Origin: Octopus sinensis
Taxonomy: Eukaryota
Length of the DNA: 64,000 bases
Assembly: GCF_006345805.1 (NCBI RefSeq)
Contig: NC_043003.1
Span: forward strand, 60,140,001-60,204,000
Direction of reading: 5' to 3'
Shown here: positions 25,298 to 38,258 of the stretch, piece after piece
How the letters are laid out: each line of letters begins with the position of its first letter
Numbering within the stretch: the first letter of the stretch is position 1
Made by a program: the position numbers and the translations under genes
Notes under the pieces: model-generated
Databases searched by the model: none
The model's input: only the letters and a program-made list of their open reading frames with translations
What the model was told of the DNA's origin: nothing

Positions 25298-25821
25298 GGA
25301 TGTATCATACATAAACGACCCTGCCTCGCTTAAGCCGATCAGCTAACTGATCAACATCAACGAAGCACATGGGTGAGTTTACATATATTACATCCTGTAA
25401 ATGTCAGACTTTTACGAATTGCATTTCGGGAAAGGAAAAGTTTTTTCGGAATAAAAATTTAGCAATTAAGGACAACTACTTAATAAGGAAAACTTAACAA
25501 GAAGTTGTCATGTATGTATAATGCCCTCTCTATATAAATTAATATGTTCAATAAGAAATAATTACTTTCGAAATTTTTTCTCTTATGAGGTTTTCACGCT
25601 ATCTACCTGACAATTTCTTGTTAAGTTTTCCTTATTAAGTAGTTGTCCTTAATTGCTAAATTTTTATTCCGAAAAAACTTTTCCTTTCCCGAAATGCAAT
25701 TCGTAAAAGTCTGACATTTACAGGATGTAATATATGTAAACTCACCCATGTGCTTCGTTTGATGTTGATCAGTTAGCTGATCGGCTTAAGCGAGGCAGGG
25801 TCGTTTATGTATGATACATCC

Positions 25822-25869
25822 AGCCTGCTGATGAATACGTAAGTATGAAATCACTGGTGATACAGGTCT
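25822..25869 (+). ncRNA. Type I hammerhead ribozyme, array copy 3 (two 1-nt indels)
   Basis: AGCCTG-CTGATGA-ATACGTAAGTAT-GAAA-TCACTGGTGAT-A-CAGGTCT. Lacks one G in stem I and has one extra G in the stem III loop. Confidence 0.78.
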
Positions 25870-26294
25870 ATATTTTTTAAATGTCTTACTTTGAAAAATT
25901 GCATTCGGTGGGATTAGTAATATTTTTTGGTAGAAATGACTAATTGTCCCTCTTAGCGTGTGGCATGTATGTGAATGCCATCTGGCATGTATGTATAATG
26001 CCCTCTATTATAAATTAATATGTTCAATAAGAAATAATTATTTTCGAAATTTTTTCTCTTATGAGGTTTTCACGCTATCTACCTGACAATTTCTTGTTAA
26101 GTTTTCCTTATTAAGTAGTTGTCTTAATTGCTAAATTTTTATTCCGAAAAAACTTTTCCTTTCCCGAATGCAATTCGTAAAAGTCTGACATTTACAGGAT
26201 GTAATATATGTAAACTCACCCATGTGCTTCGTTGATGTTGATCAGTTATCTGATCGGCTTAAGCGAGGCAGGGTCGTTTATGTATGATACATCC

Positions 26295-26342
26295 AGGCCT
26301 GCTGATGAATACGTAAGTATGAAATCACTGTGATACAGGTCT
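26295..26342 (+). ncRNA. Type I hammerhead ribozyme, array copy 4
   Basis: Stem I AGGCCTG/CAGGTCT (7 bp, one G-U). CTGATGA at 26302-26308. Stem II ATAC/GTAT with GTAA tetraloop. GAAA at 26321-26324. Stem III ATCAC/GTGAT. AUA triplet ending at 26335. Confidence 0.85.
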
Positions 26343-26619
26343 ATATTTTTTAAATGTCTTACTTTGAAAAATTGCATTCGGTGGGATTAGTAATATTTTT
26401 GGTAGAAATGACTAATTGTCCCTCTTAGCGTGTGGCATGTATGTATAATGCCCTCTATATATAAATATATATATATACATCATGGACTTAGCCCTCATTA
26501 GACGACGTATGAGGTTTCCGCAATTTCTTGCTGAACAACCACACAAAGAGAGACAGACAGACATATAGTGAGATCGATCAATCGATCGATATATAAATAG
26601 ATACATTCATACATACATA

Positions 26620-26900
26620 TTGATATTTACAGATTTGCGCGGAATCGTTTGCCAGTCTCAATTGACATTTGATGCTTATATCAAAATGTACGTTTATTTA
26701 ACAACGTTCCTTTAGTATCCCATTTTGAAGTAGAGATTTCGATCTATTGATTCGCCTTCAGGGTTTTGCTTTCATTATATTTTCTTGCATGTTTGAAACT
26801 GTCGAAGGAATAAAAAGCAAAATCGAAGGAGATACTCTATGAGTTCAAAAGAATTGGCAAAGCGATGGAAACTGCTTGTAATATCAACAGGATATTTTGA
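26620..26900 (+). mobile_element. Mariner 5' fragment
   Basis: Peptide KSKIEGDTLYEFKRIGKAMETACNINRIF resembles a mariner transposase N-terminus. Truncated. Confidence 0.55.
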
Positions 26901-28431
26901 CCTGAACCGTATTCGAACCGGCCCGTCGAAGAGTGGGTGTTCGTCATAACAGACTGGTCTTCTAAATTCAAGTCATTGTGTGTATGTTAGAAGTTAATAC
27001 TTACTTATAATAGGAAGATGGTGTATTAGAATCATTGGAGCAACAATGACCATGCTCTGTTTGATAACCTATCGTTACATTCTAATTTCTGATTTACTGA
27101 ACCATTGTATCTGTAGATATCCAACTGCTAACTAAAGTATCTTTTAAATATACTTTACTTAGAGGAAGTTGGAGGATATCCGTTAGTAATAGAGTGCCAA
27201 TATGGTGAGTGGAAACTCTGGATTTCTTCCAGAATTTTTGTGAGTGTAGCAACAGTACTGTTCAAGTTATGTGTCTAGTAAGCCATTGTAATGCAATCAT
27301 TCATTTCTTCCTATGGTCTGGCAAATGCTTTGATTTTTCAATATCTTTGTATTTAAGATACGTGATTTGACATGATCAGAGGGTCCCTGCTTAAAAGCCA
27401 TGTTTGCAACGGCCGCTTGACATACAATTGAAGGTAAAACTCCAGATGAAGCCGAATAACTTGCAAGATGTCTTCCCAGATACTTACAAATTGATGATGG
27501 TGGTGGTGGGTGGCATGAACAAATATTCCTTTCATAATATTTGACAGTGAAATTAGCACATTTGCACAGTTTCTGAAACGGTAAGTTAGTGAATTTTAAC
27601 TGACCCTACCCTGTTGTCGTTGAATAGTCAGATGGTAGAGTGTTGGCCAGAATGACATGCAGTATTTGCTATGTTTCATGAAGTTCTAACATCATATTCC
27701 TTCGAGGTAAACTCTACTTTCACCTTGCCAAGGTTAATACAATAAAATACCATTCCAGGTAATTTTCTTGGTTGGAATAGCAACAGCGTTGTTGAAAATC
27801 TCGCGGAATTTGTTCAGGTCGTACATGTTCTGTGACCAGATTCTGCCGAGGTCAACTGTACTCTTCAAAGTTCCGAGTTATAAATGACATTATCAAGTAT
27901 CGTATCAGTTCGGATCTGTAGACCGAAGCTGTAAGGGAGAGAGACAAAATACTTTACTGGTTTTGTTCCAGCTATTTACGTTGGAGATCAAAATCCACCG
28001 AAATGAGCTTCCCTTTTCACCATTTTGTGATTGATATGATAAAGTACCAGTCGAATAAGACACACCAGCGAGATTATTACATGATTGAGAAAAACGTTAT
28101 TCCTCCATTGGGTACCTGGTTTATTTATAAGTTCGAAATTTTCAGGCAACGTCACTGGTATCAAACACATCAGCACTTGATTTTCCATTGAGCAACATCG
28201 GTGCTGTGAAAAGAGGAGATATTTCAGCATTGGTAGCGTGTCGGTCTTCGATATAAATGGTGGACCAGCGTCAAGGACTCTCTAAGTGTAATTATATTTT
28301 GAACCTTTACAAACAAAGGCTAAAACGATGTTGCAAGGTGTATTCACTCCAACATAGTGTATTGGTTATTTGCAATTTAGTTCAGGATAGCACTTACAAA
28401 TAATCATATTCATATATATTTCAAAATGTAA

Positions 28432-28630
28432 CCGTGTATGTATTATTGTCGATTTTCTTCCTCCGCCTTCCCTTCCTTTGGGCCTTCCTTCATTTCTGAA
28501 GAAGAGCTTGGCTCGAAACGTTAAATCCTCTTTCCTTCCTTTCCTGAGCGTCTGATAATATAGTACTTGTACTACGTCCTCGCGTTATTGTTTTTATTCT
28601 TTGTTCTTCTTTGTTTGAATTATATATATA
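28432..28630 (+). mobile_element. Short (TA)n-associated Penelope-like repeat with hammerhead motif (28492-28526)
   Basis: ATTT-CTGAAGA-A-GAGC-TTG-GCTC-GAAA-CGTT-AAAT. Homologous to 3400-3601. Confidence 0.65.
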
Positions 28631-29682
28631 TACAAGAGATAATGGTGTCATTGAGACACAAAGGTGTCAGGTAATGATGAATACGTGCTATAGACAGACC
28701 ATAATTAAGTTACAGATTCGGTAATATTGCGAATAAAGGGTTCAACATTGGTTCTATGTCAGCGTGTGTATATAAGTATTTTTTGCGTAATAAGATAAAA
28801 AAAAAACAAGGCTGTGATCGATACACGTGATATATATTATATTACGTGTATCGATCGGACTAGTGGATGTTGTTATACACCACTGACTACCATGCACTTC
28901 CAATTCATTTTTTGATCACGCTGTTCTTTTCCAAACCGTTTAAGTAAATCGTCTTTCTATCGTCGTGGGGGACTTGGTCTTTTCCAGTCTCTTGCGTACC
29001 ATTCAACAATTGCACACACACACACACACATCCCACAAAAATACACAACGGATGCATATATATGTGTGTGTTTGTGTGTGTGTGTAAGTATGTATAGGCA
29101 TAAATATAAGTAGGTATAAGTGCACATGTGTGAGCACGCGTATGATGAAGTTCATGTATGGGCCTATTCTTGTATTTGTATCGTGTGTACAGTTAAAGTA
29201 ACAAATTAGGAATGGAAAACGTAGCCTGTAAAAGAGTATTTCAGCTACTAATTCGAGGAATTCATGGCTGCATATTTCTAAAAGAATACATAGCACCCGA
29301 GAAATTTTAATTCAAATACTGCAACATTTTACAACTTGGATAACCTATTGTTTTCCGATTAAAACTCAACAAATTCGTTCTCACCACGACAGAAGAATTA
29401 TCACCAAACATCTCGTTGATATGGGATATATTGCTTGCTGAGAAAATTGTAACATAATTACATTTGTCTACGTGATACATATTTGAAGTTAATTTATTCT
29501 GTTAATAAAATTATATACTGCAAACGTCCTCTCAAGAATATTATCCGCACGAACAACACACCTACACACATGCACGCATAAAACCACGCTCAGAACCAAT
29601 TTTGTTTCATTGTATACATATGAATTCTGTCTCATATACATCCGCCTAGAAACGTATATTATACATACACACACTTATACAG

Positions 29683-29736
<54 letters not shown>

Positions 29737-29944
29737 ATATATACATACACATACACACATACACGCACTTATATATTATGTGTATATACATATGTATGTG
29801 TGCGTGTGTATCTGTGTGCGTATATTCGCACACATTCTCAAAATCAAGTGAGCCGACACGCACACATATATTCCCACACACGTCACACATATAGCGATAT
29901 ATGTATAACAAACTAATTGTCATTATTCATCTATTTAATTTTTA

Positions 29945-29989
<45 letters not shown>

Positions 29990-30631
29990 GTGTGTGTGTA
30001 TGTGTGCATGTGTGTGTTTATGTACGTGTGTGTGGATATATGTGTGTGTGATGTAGATATATACTAACACAGACAAACACACATACGTAAACACACATAC
30101 ATGTTATACCTACGTGCATTTATACGTTCACATATACATAGATATGCTTATACTGACTAGGGTGCCTTAGATTGTATTGCTAAAATAATAAAGACAACAC
30201 GATGACACGAAGTAAAGGAAGACAAAAAATAATCAAAGAGAAAAGAGGAATACCTGAAATGTTTGTTTATTTTCCATTAGCAATGAGTTTCCTGAACAAT
30301 CTCTTCCCTCTATAGTGAATATGTTTCACTCTATTTAGAATCAAACCTTATCACAGTATGAAGCGTTTCGGTTATCTCTGTTAAAAAAAAAAAAAAAGAT
30401 AAATGACGAGAGAAATCAAATAGAAAAACAGGAAAAAAAAAATTAATAAAAAGCAAGTCTGAACTTGAATGTTTCATAACGTCGATCTATGTAAAGAAAT
30501 GGATTCCTTAATTCTCTCCTTTATATTAAAATGAGTAAATAATTATACAAATAAATAATAAAGTAAATATTAGAAATGGTAGTAATGTGTGAATGGGCAG
30601 GTAGGGATGTATATCTGTGTGTGAGTATGCA

Positions 30632-30678
<47 letters not shown>

Positions 30679-30748
30679 CACATATATATTATATCTATAT
30701 ATATGTATGCATCTATGTATATATGTAAGTCTATATATATATATATGA

Positions 30749-30780
<32 letters not shown>

Positions 30781-31197
30781 TATATATGTATATACCAATA
30801 TGCTTATACACAGAAGCGCACGCGCTTGTATATATATATATATATATACATGAATATATGAGTGTTCGTGCATGTGTATATGTGTGTATGTATGGGTTGG
30901 TATGGAGTGGTGGGTGTCTGTGTGTGTCTGTGCGGGTGTGTTTGAATTCTGGCAGTGATACGTGAGGAATAATCAAATGCTAAAATAGATTTATATTGAA
31001 TTGATTCATAAAAATTTAAATAGCAGTATGTAGTTAGTATACGTATACAGAGATATACACACAAATAAACACACACACACACACAATCACACACACAACC
31101 ACACACTCACACACACGCACGCACATACACATGCGTACAAGTACATTTATCCTTACTCTTAAGAATTGGCAATAGACATATATATATATATATATTA

Positions 31198-31247
<50 letters not shown>

Positions 31248-32135
31248 TAGTGTAATATTGTGATATTTTTTCACAAATACGTAGGACTGTACGACCACAC
31301 GCTCACACACACATATTTTACATATTCACACATACAAACACATAAAGCCATAATGAGAAGCATGCATATACATATATCCTTTATTTTAATTACTTCTAGA
31401 TGCACACGCGATAAAGGGAAGACATAAAAAAAAGGAACAAATAAAATGTGACGTGGAAAATGATTGCTGCTTCGTTCCGTTTGTAGTCGTCGTTTTTGAC
31501 ACTTGCAGAGCAAGTTCACTCTATTAGAGAAAAAAATTAAGGAACGTTGTAACTGTTATTTCTGTTAGCTGAGGGTGTATATTTAATAGTTCCACAGATA
31601 ATAGATTGCAGCGAACACTAGTTTCGAATAGGAATTGGTATCGTGATAGAATTATAAGCTTTTAATGAGTGATAGATTGAAGGATTTCCTTCCTGTTTTG
31701 TCTTTTTAATCCTATCCTTTGCTTGCATATGTATATGTATATACAATGATATATATATATATATGTATGTATGTATGTATGTATATATTTGTATATGTAT
31801 ATATATATAAATATGTGTGTATATATATATATATATATGTATATACATATATATATATGTATGTATATATATGTGTATATACCTATATATGTACGTATAT
31901 ATATATATATGCATATGTGTGTGTGTTTGTGTGTGTGTTTGTGTGTGTGAGTGTGTGTGCGCATATGTGTATATATATATATTAAATATCTATCTATACA
32001 TATATATATATGTATATATGTGTATATATATTTATATATATGTATATTTATGTGTGTTTGTATATTTATATATATATATATATTTGTCCATACATATACA
32101 AACACGCACAACACGCATGCACACACACACACACA

Positions 32136-32175
<40 letters not shown>

Positions 32176-32877
32176 ACACTGGTGAACGATAGGAATTTCG
32201 TAAAACAATTTTATTGAAAATTGCTTGCGGCACAAAGTATGAGGTAATGATTTTCAGGAAATAATTGAAAACTATAGATTAATTTTTGCAGTAATAGTTT
32301 TTATTGTAGTATCATGAAATAATAATGCGTTGTAAAATTGTCTTGAAATTTGCTTAACAGAAGTCAGGAAGGTCAAATCAAAGCCTGCTTCCAAAACGTG
32401 GCACCAAAGCTCTTGCACTTCGAAGTCATAGGAATTGATGATATGGATAAGTCATTAGGATGATAATCTTGATAAAATTGAAGAATTTGAAGCTGGGAAC
32501 TCTTCCCATATATACTCAAATTGGACATAATATGAATGCCACTTAAAATAGACGTAAGAAATATATTTGTAACCATTAAGTGCTTAAGAAAAAACAACAC
32601 TTGATATGTAATTTTATTGTCTTCGAACATGCAAATCGCAAATGTTTTAGTTTTTCTTTTTTTAAATTTAATTAACAAAAGGAACCAAAATGAAAAAAAT
32701 AAATCCGGTAAAGATTATTGCCAATTTTAAATATTTAGTCCAATATTTATCCATAGGTTTATAGGTTGTTTGTTTTAGTACTTACTATAATTTTATTGTG
32801 AAAATTTTACGCTCTCATCATTTAACTTATTCTTATCTTACTGCATATATTATTTGTGTGTGTCTGTGTGTGTGCGC

Positions 32878-32914
<37 letters not shown>

Positions 32915-33120
32915 CATGTGTGTGTGTGTGTGCTCGCTCATCCGCAGCACGCTATCTCTTATTGGAAATATCTGGCATTGTTTGGTGTATGAATTTGTAT
33001 ATGTACACCAGCATGTGTGCATGTTTAATATAGTCATTTATATATCTGTACACGTGTCATGTATATATAAATGGCATTGTATGTATTTATTCATGATTGT
33101 GTGAATGTATATATAAATGT

Positions 33121-33865
33121 AGCAGTAGGCATCCGTCGAACTCGGGAGGCCATAGATCGGCGCCCGAAGAAATCGTGTCACTGCTTATGGTGATGCGGCG
33201 TTTGTTGTGGCACACGGGAATGGCAGTCGCGTATACACCAACTGCATTTCAAGGTACTCTTCTCTGGCTCTACTGGTTTTTCCATCCGTCGAGTACGTTT
33301 TTCTTTGGTGGCGAGTTCTTGTCTTTCCTCTGCTCACTTCATCCCCTTCCGCAGTATTTGTCTTCAGTGTAGTCGATCATTTTCAACCTCTTCCCATCTC
33401 AGGACGCCCAGATCAAGCGACCTCGTATGCCACTTACAGACGTCCGTAAAACGAAGGTGAAGTCCGCGTGCACTTGTGCCAGTGGCCAATTCCCCATATA
33501 GGAGGTCTTTGGGGATCCTTCCGTCCGGCGATGTACATGACCGACCAGCGCAAACGGCGCTGCTGGATCAGGGTGAGTATGATCAATATCTTGGCTCGTT
33601 TGAGTACTTCGGTGTTGGTGATGTGGTCGATCCACTTGATATCGAAGATGCCTCTCAAATTGCGAAGGTGAAATACATCGAGACACAACTCCTGTCTGGA
33701 GTAGAGACTCTACATCTCACTGCCGTAAAATAGCGCTCTAAAGACGCACGCCTAATACATAGCAATCTTGGTGTTTGCAGCCAGCATTTTTTTTTTGTTT
33801 TGCCAGACTTTCTTCGTGAGTCTGGCAAATGTGGATTTGTCCGATTCGCCTGTTGATCTCAGAGA
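33121..33865 (-). mobile_element. Degenerate 5'-truncated RTE LINE
   Basis: Minus peptides LRGIFDIKWIDHITNTEVLKRAK..LIQQRRLRW. 3' tail TCGACGGATGCCTACTGCT at ~33121-33140. Confidence 0.85.
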
Positions 33866-33934
33866 CTAAAGAAGAAGACACTTTTCCAAGGTGCTATGCA
33901 GTGGGACTGAACCCGCAACAATGTAGTGGAGCTT

Positions 33935-34500
33935 GAAGCCGTCCAACGCCACTACACTAAAAAGATTGAAACAGTTTAGTGGATGAGCTATAGCGATAGG
34001 CTCAGAAAACTACAGCTCCACTCCTTGGAGCGAAGGCTTGACAGATATGTAATAATATACATATGGAAAATCCTAGAAGAGCTAGTACTTAAATTTGGCA
34101 TTGTGTGTTATACAAATGCCCAAACCTGCCGCCATTACATTGTACCAAATGTGCCGTCCATTCCATCTAAATTCAGGACCAGGTATTGCAATAGCCTAGG
34201 ATTCAAAGGCCCACAGCTTTTCGATGCCCTGACACAAAGATAAATAAATCTGAGTAAGGTGGAAGTAGATGTCTTCACAAAGGAATTAGTTCTCCTCTCC
34301 ATAATACCGGATGAACCAACAGCCTGACATAAGGTACAGACTAGAGCAGCGGAATCAAGCTGAATTATACATAAAATGTACCAACAACTGGTAAAAAGGA
34401 ACATACCGGAGTGGTGATATGAAACACCCAGACTGAGGAAGTCAGAAAGACTATGGTAGTACTCCAGCATGACTAAAGCCGCATGGCCAAGACGAGTAAA
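33935..34500 (+). mobile_element. CR1-type LINE 3' fragment
   Basis: ELEAVQRHYTKKI..SYSDRLRKLQLHSLERRLDRYVIIYIWKILE is a typical CR1-clade ORF2 C-terminus. Confidence 0.8.
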
Positions 34501-34511
34501 AGAGTACAAGA

Positions 34512-34630
<119 letters not shown>

Positions 34631-34679
34631 TCGTGTGTATGTATGTAGGTATGTATGTTCATATATATATATGATTATA

Positions 34680-34885
34680 CGAGGGTGTACTGAAAAGTTT
34701 CTGGCTTTATGTAAAAAATATACATGAAGATCAGTTAAATATGATTTTATTTAACATATTCCCCTCTCAGATTCATACACTTATTGCGGCACTCCTTCAG
34801 TTTTGTAAGCCCTACAACAGAACTCATACGTTTGGGCCTCCAACCAGGCCTTTCGGTACACCTTAAAACCAGGAAATTTTTAGAA
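34680..34885 (+). mobile_element. Mariner-type terminal fragment / MITE remnant
   Basis: TA|CGAGGGTGTACTGAAAAGTTTCTGGC mariner-like terminus. No matching second TIR found. Confidence 0.55.
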
Positions 34886-34894
34886 ACAAATACG

Positions 34895-36000
34895 GTTAAA
34901 TTATGGTAGTGGAAATGACTGATATAGCTAACAGAGTAACAATGTCGGAAGATGAAACTAGTACTGCCATATATACAAACAAATATAATAAATTCTCATG
35001 CAGGGAGAAATCAAAATGCCCATTGATGGATCTCTGTAAGAGTACAAATCTGGTATATAAATGCACCGCGCGCACAAGGAGGATGACTGTATACTTACAC
35101 TGGGAAAACGGCTGATCCATTTAAGAATCGTTATAGCAACCATGTCGCCAGCTTCAAGACGATCAATAAGTGACATTCGACATATTTGGCCGATTTTGTG
35201 TGTCGACTGAACGAAGATAAAATTAAGTATAGCATAACCTGGTCCATAGTAAGGCACGCGAAACCATACAGTGTCATTTCCAGGAGATGCTAACTTTGCT
35301 TCGAGGAATCCTCGTCTATTCTCTTGACCAATGAGAAGATCATTAATAGAATTTCTGAAAGACTCTCAAGATGCCTACATATATATAAATGTACTTTCAC
35401 ATGATGCAGTGAGAATAAATTTGAGTAACTGTTAATATAATTACTTTAAGGTATGGATAAATTAAGTTCAGCTTTAACCACTCCGTTTTTATAAACACCA
35501 GGTAGCTGTTTAACTCGCTATCTGAACGTGCTCACATGTTCACATAGCGAGTTTATCTGGATGCTTGTATGAGCGAGTGTACATGCGCTACGCAGCTTGC
35601 GCGAGAGCGTTTATACATCCATATCCGTTATCGTTTATTTTTAATACTTTTCTCGCTGTATTGCGTGTTCGTTTCTTTTTTAATCTGTTATTTTATTTTT
35701 GATCTTCTATATAAATGAAGGTATATCCTTTTTCTCCTTTTCCTTATACGAAATGAGAAGACCATTATTTTAACGTGCTATAACTATTTATCACTCAAAG
35801 AGACACATCTGCACCGTCGGACGCTCCTCAACCAGTCATTAAGTATCCCACCCGTGAAGGATCGATGCTAAATGTGTCAAAACATTTAATAAAAATTCTC
35901 GTATCTTCCATCTTCTGTCGTTCATTTACATATACATAACGAACACTGAGAAAGTTGCCACACTTTACTAGTAAGCTACCAGGCATAAACCATTCGTTTT
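34895..36000 (+). mobile_element. Penelope-like element 3' part: GIY-YIG endonuclease remnant and 3' noncoding region
   Basis: CREKSKCPLMDLCKSTNLVYKC..(frameshift)..TGKTADPFKNRYSNHVASFK..ITWSIVRHAKPYS...C*LCFEE...IINRISE..RCLH. The 3' region matches the arms of 3757-4155. Confidence 0.8.
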
Positions 36001-36042
36001 ATTATATATATATATATATATATATATCACACATAAACCATG

Positions 36043-36092
<50 letters not shown>

Positions 36093-38258
36093 ATCACGGT
36101 ATATGTGTAATGTTTACAGGTGTGTATGAATATAGTACATACATTTATATGCGGTATATGTTTGTGTGTGTGCATATATATATATATGAGTTTGTGTGTG
36201 TAAGTAAGTACGTATTTATGTATGTATATATGTATGTATATGGATGTGTTTATTGGACAACGTTTAGTGTTTTACTTCATCGAATCTCGAACTTTCACAC
36301 ACGCACAAGTGGTAGATGTGTATGATATTTCATCCTATCCTTTACTATGATAAAGTATGAAAGGTTGCCGTAGGTATTACTCTGCAGGAGACTTGAAAGG
36401 TCATTTCTCATTGCTTATGCCTGACCATCTAATTAGATTTGTTGCCGATTTATGCGCTGCTATTGCTCTATTGTGGCTTAAATGGAAACAAATCACTCGT
36501 AGAATATCGCCTTCAGGGAAAGTTTTTCTCGAAGCCGGCCTGGACTGGCTAAAGCCAATTTTAAAGAAATGTGACCTTCAGTTGGTTAGAAAATTCGTTA
36601 AAAATTTTTAAGAGAAAACTTCTTTTGTCGTAGCTGTTGGGCATTACATCTAATTCCAGGATAAGGAAAGCTTTAGCTACTTTTGATACAACACATATTT
36701 AATAAAACAAAACCAACATTTCTAAGAACCGTCGGATATGGGTTAGTTCTATAAATGTTATAGCAAAGCCAGCCACAATCTGGTCCCTGTAATTTTTCGG
36801 TTTTAATTTGACTTGTATAGTTTTTTTCAATATTACCTGCATGTCATTATTGCCTGACGCTAATAGAGTAGACATAGACGTACAGATGAATTTCAGCATT
36901 TTTAATTTAACTACTAATCTATTGGTAGTGCCGTCGACGTGTCTTTGCAATTTGAGTATTGTAGTTCAAAGTAGCTGTCGATACAAGAATAACTGATCAT
37001 AACGTCATGTGACGTGAAGAACTGATGCCATTTGTGGATGGAAAATAATTTTCTATCAGAGCCTATATAATCTCCACTGTATGTAGTCAAGCTAAATACT
37101 TTAATTTATTCTGTGAACCAGTTTCGTATCAAGTTTTAGGTTACTTATTTCATTCATTATGTTTTCTATCTATTTTGCTATTTCCAATATAAAAAAAATT
37201 TTATAAGATATACACTATATACTTTAATGTATGTCAAGAGAGAGAGCGATTGATTTGCAGAATCGTTAAAATTAAATAATCGAGAAAATGCCCATTTTGT
37301 ATTCAAATTCCATTCATGTCGAATTTCTATTTCATCATAAGCTAAGACATATCTCATATTCCGGTGTTTTTACATGGTGCTTATGCGAACGAAATTATAG
37401 GGTAGAATATTTCGTTTAACGTTGATATCTCGATTTACTAATAATCCACTTAGAGATGTTTGTTGTGAACATGGATACTGTGCTTACATTTCTCACGTGA
37501 AACATTCAGCACATCCATAGATTATTATTTCGCTACGTTTACTTATCGTACGACAGACTTTTTAGTCGATCTAATATCACTTCTTTCAATTAGTATTTAA
37601 TTTTATAAAATTCTCTTTAAGTAAAATAAATTGAACATACTAATTTTTAAAAAAAGGCATACACACATGAATGAATGTATGGGTGTACTTAAATAAAAAA
37701 TATGGTCTCGAATTCAATCACTTTGGAACTAGTCGTCTTTCACGTAATAAATTTCATACTCTTAAAGGATTCACCATTAATACATGTCTAGTAAAAATGG
37801 TCACCTTTCACATATAAATGCGAAAATGCGAAGAAACGCCATAGTAGAAAAAATAGGTGGATTGCAACTTTTATACAACATTACAGATCAGATCGCAGAA
37901 CTATCAAAGGAAATGCTAGAGGACTTTTAAATTAATCAATACCTGAGACAATTCTTTAAAAAGTACTATGATAGTGCCCCGATTTGATACAGAAAAAAAG
38001 ACTGATGAGTTATATAAAGTGCTTTAGATATCAAGCTGTAGTGAGAAACAGTTACAAGTACATTAGTTGAGAAAAGATATACTGCTCTTCATTCCATACA
38101 TCAGTAGCGGGAATATTAAGCAGTCTCATCAATACACCCGATGTCGCAATTCGCTAGAATATTACCCATGTAATCGACAAAATCTAACCAATCACGACTT
38201 AGCATGGAACAGGTTCCATCGAGGAATTCATGTTTTGGCGTACTTCCTTCTGAGATTA

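Larger units (their letters stand above)
24511..26464. repeat. ~475-bp tandem repeat array folded back into a palindrome, one hammerhead per unit (retrozyme-like)
   Basis: Units start GCAATTAAGGAC at 24511, 24986 and 25462 (partial, to 25509). From ~25510 the sequence is the reverse complement, with unit ends at 25656 and 26131. (TA)n at both outer ends. Confidence 0.92.

Noticed and set aside
24511-26464. CRISPR-like or Helitron tandem array interpretation of the 475-bp repeats
   Set aside because: There are no unique spacers or cas genes and the context is eukaryotic. The unit has no TC…CTAG termini or GC-rich terminal hairpin, and the hammerhead explains it better.
27988-28230. Non-repetitive minus-strand ORF / possible terminal exon (PMLLNGKSSADVFDTSDVA*)
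   Set aside because: No recognisable homology, no partner exons, and the length is within chance expectation.
36357-36996. Short non-repetitive ORFs (62-84 aa) on both strands
   Set aside because: No recognisable motifs and no coherent exon chain.
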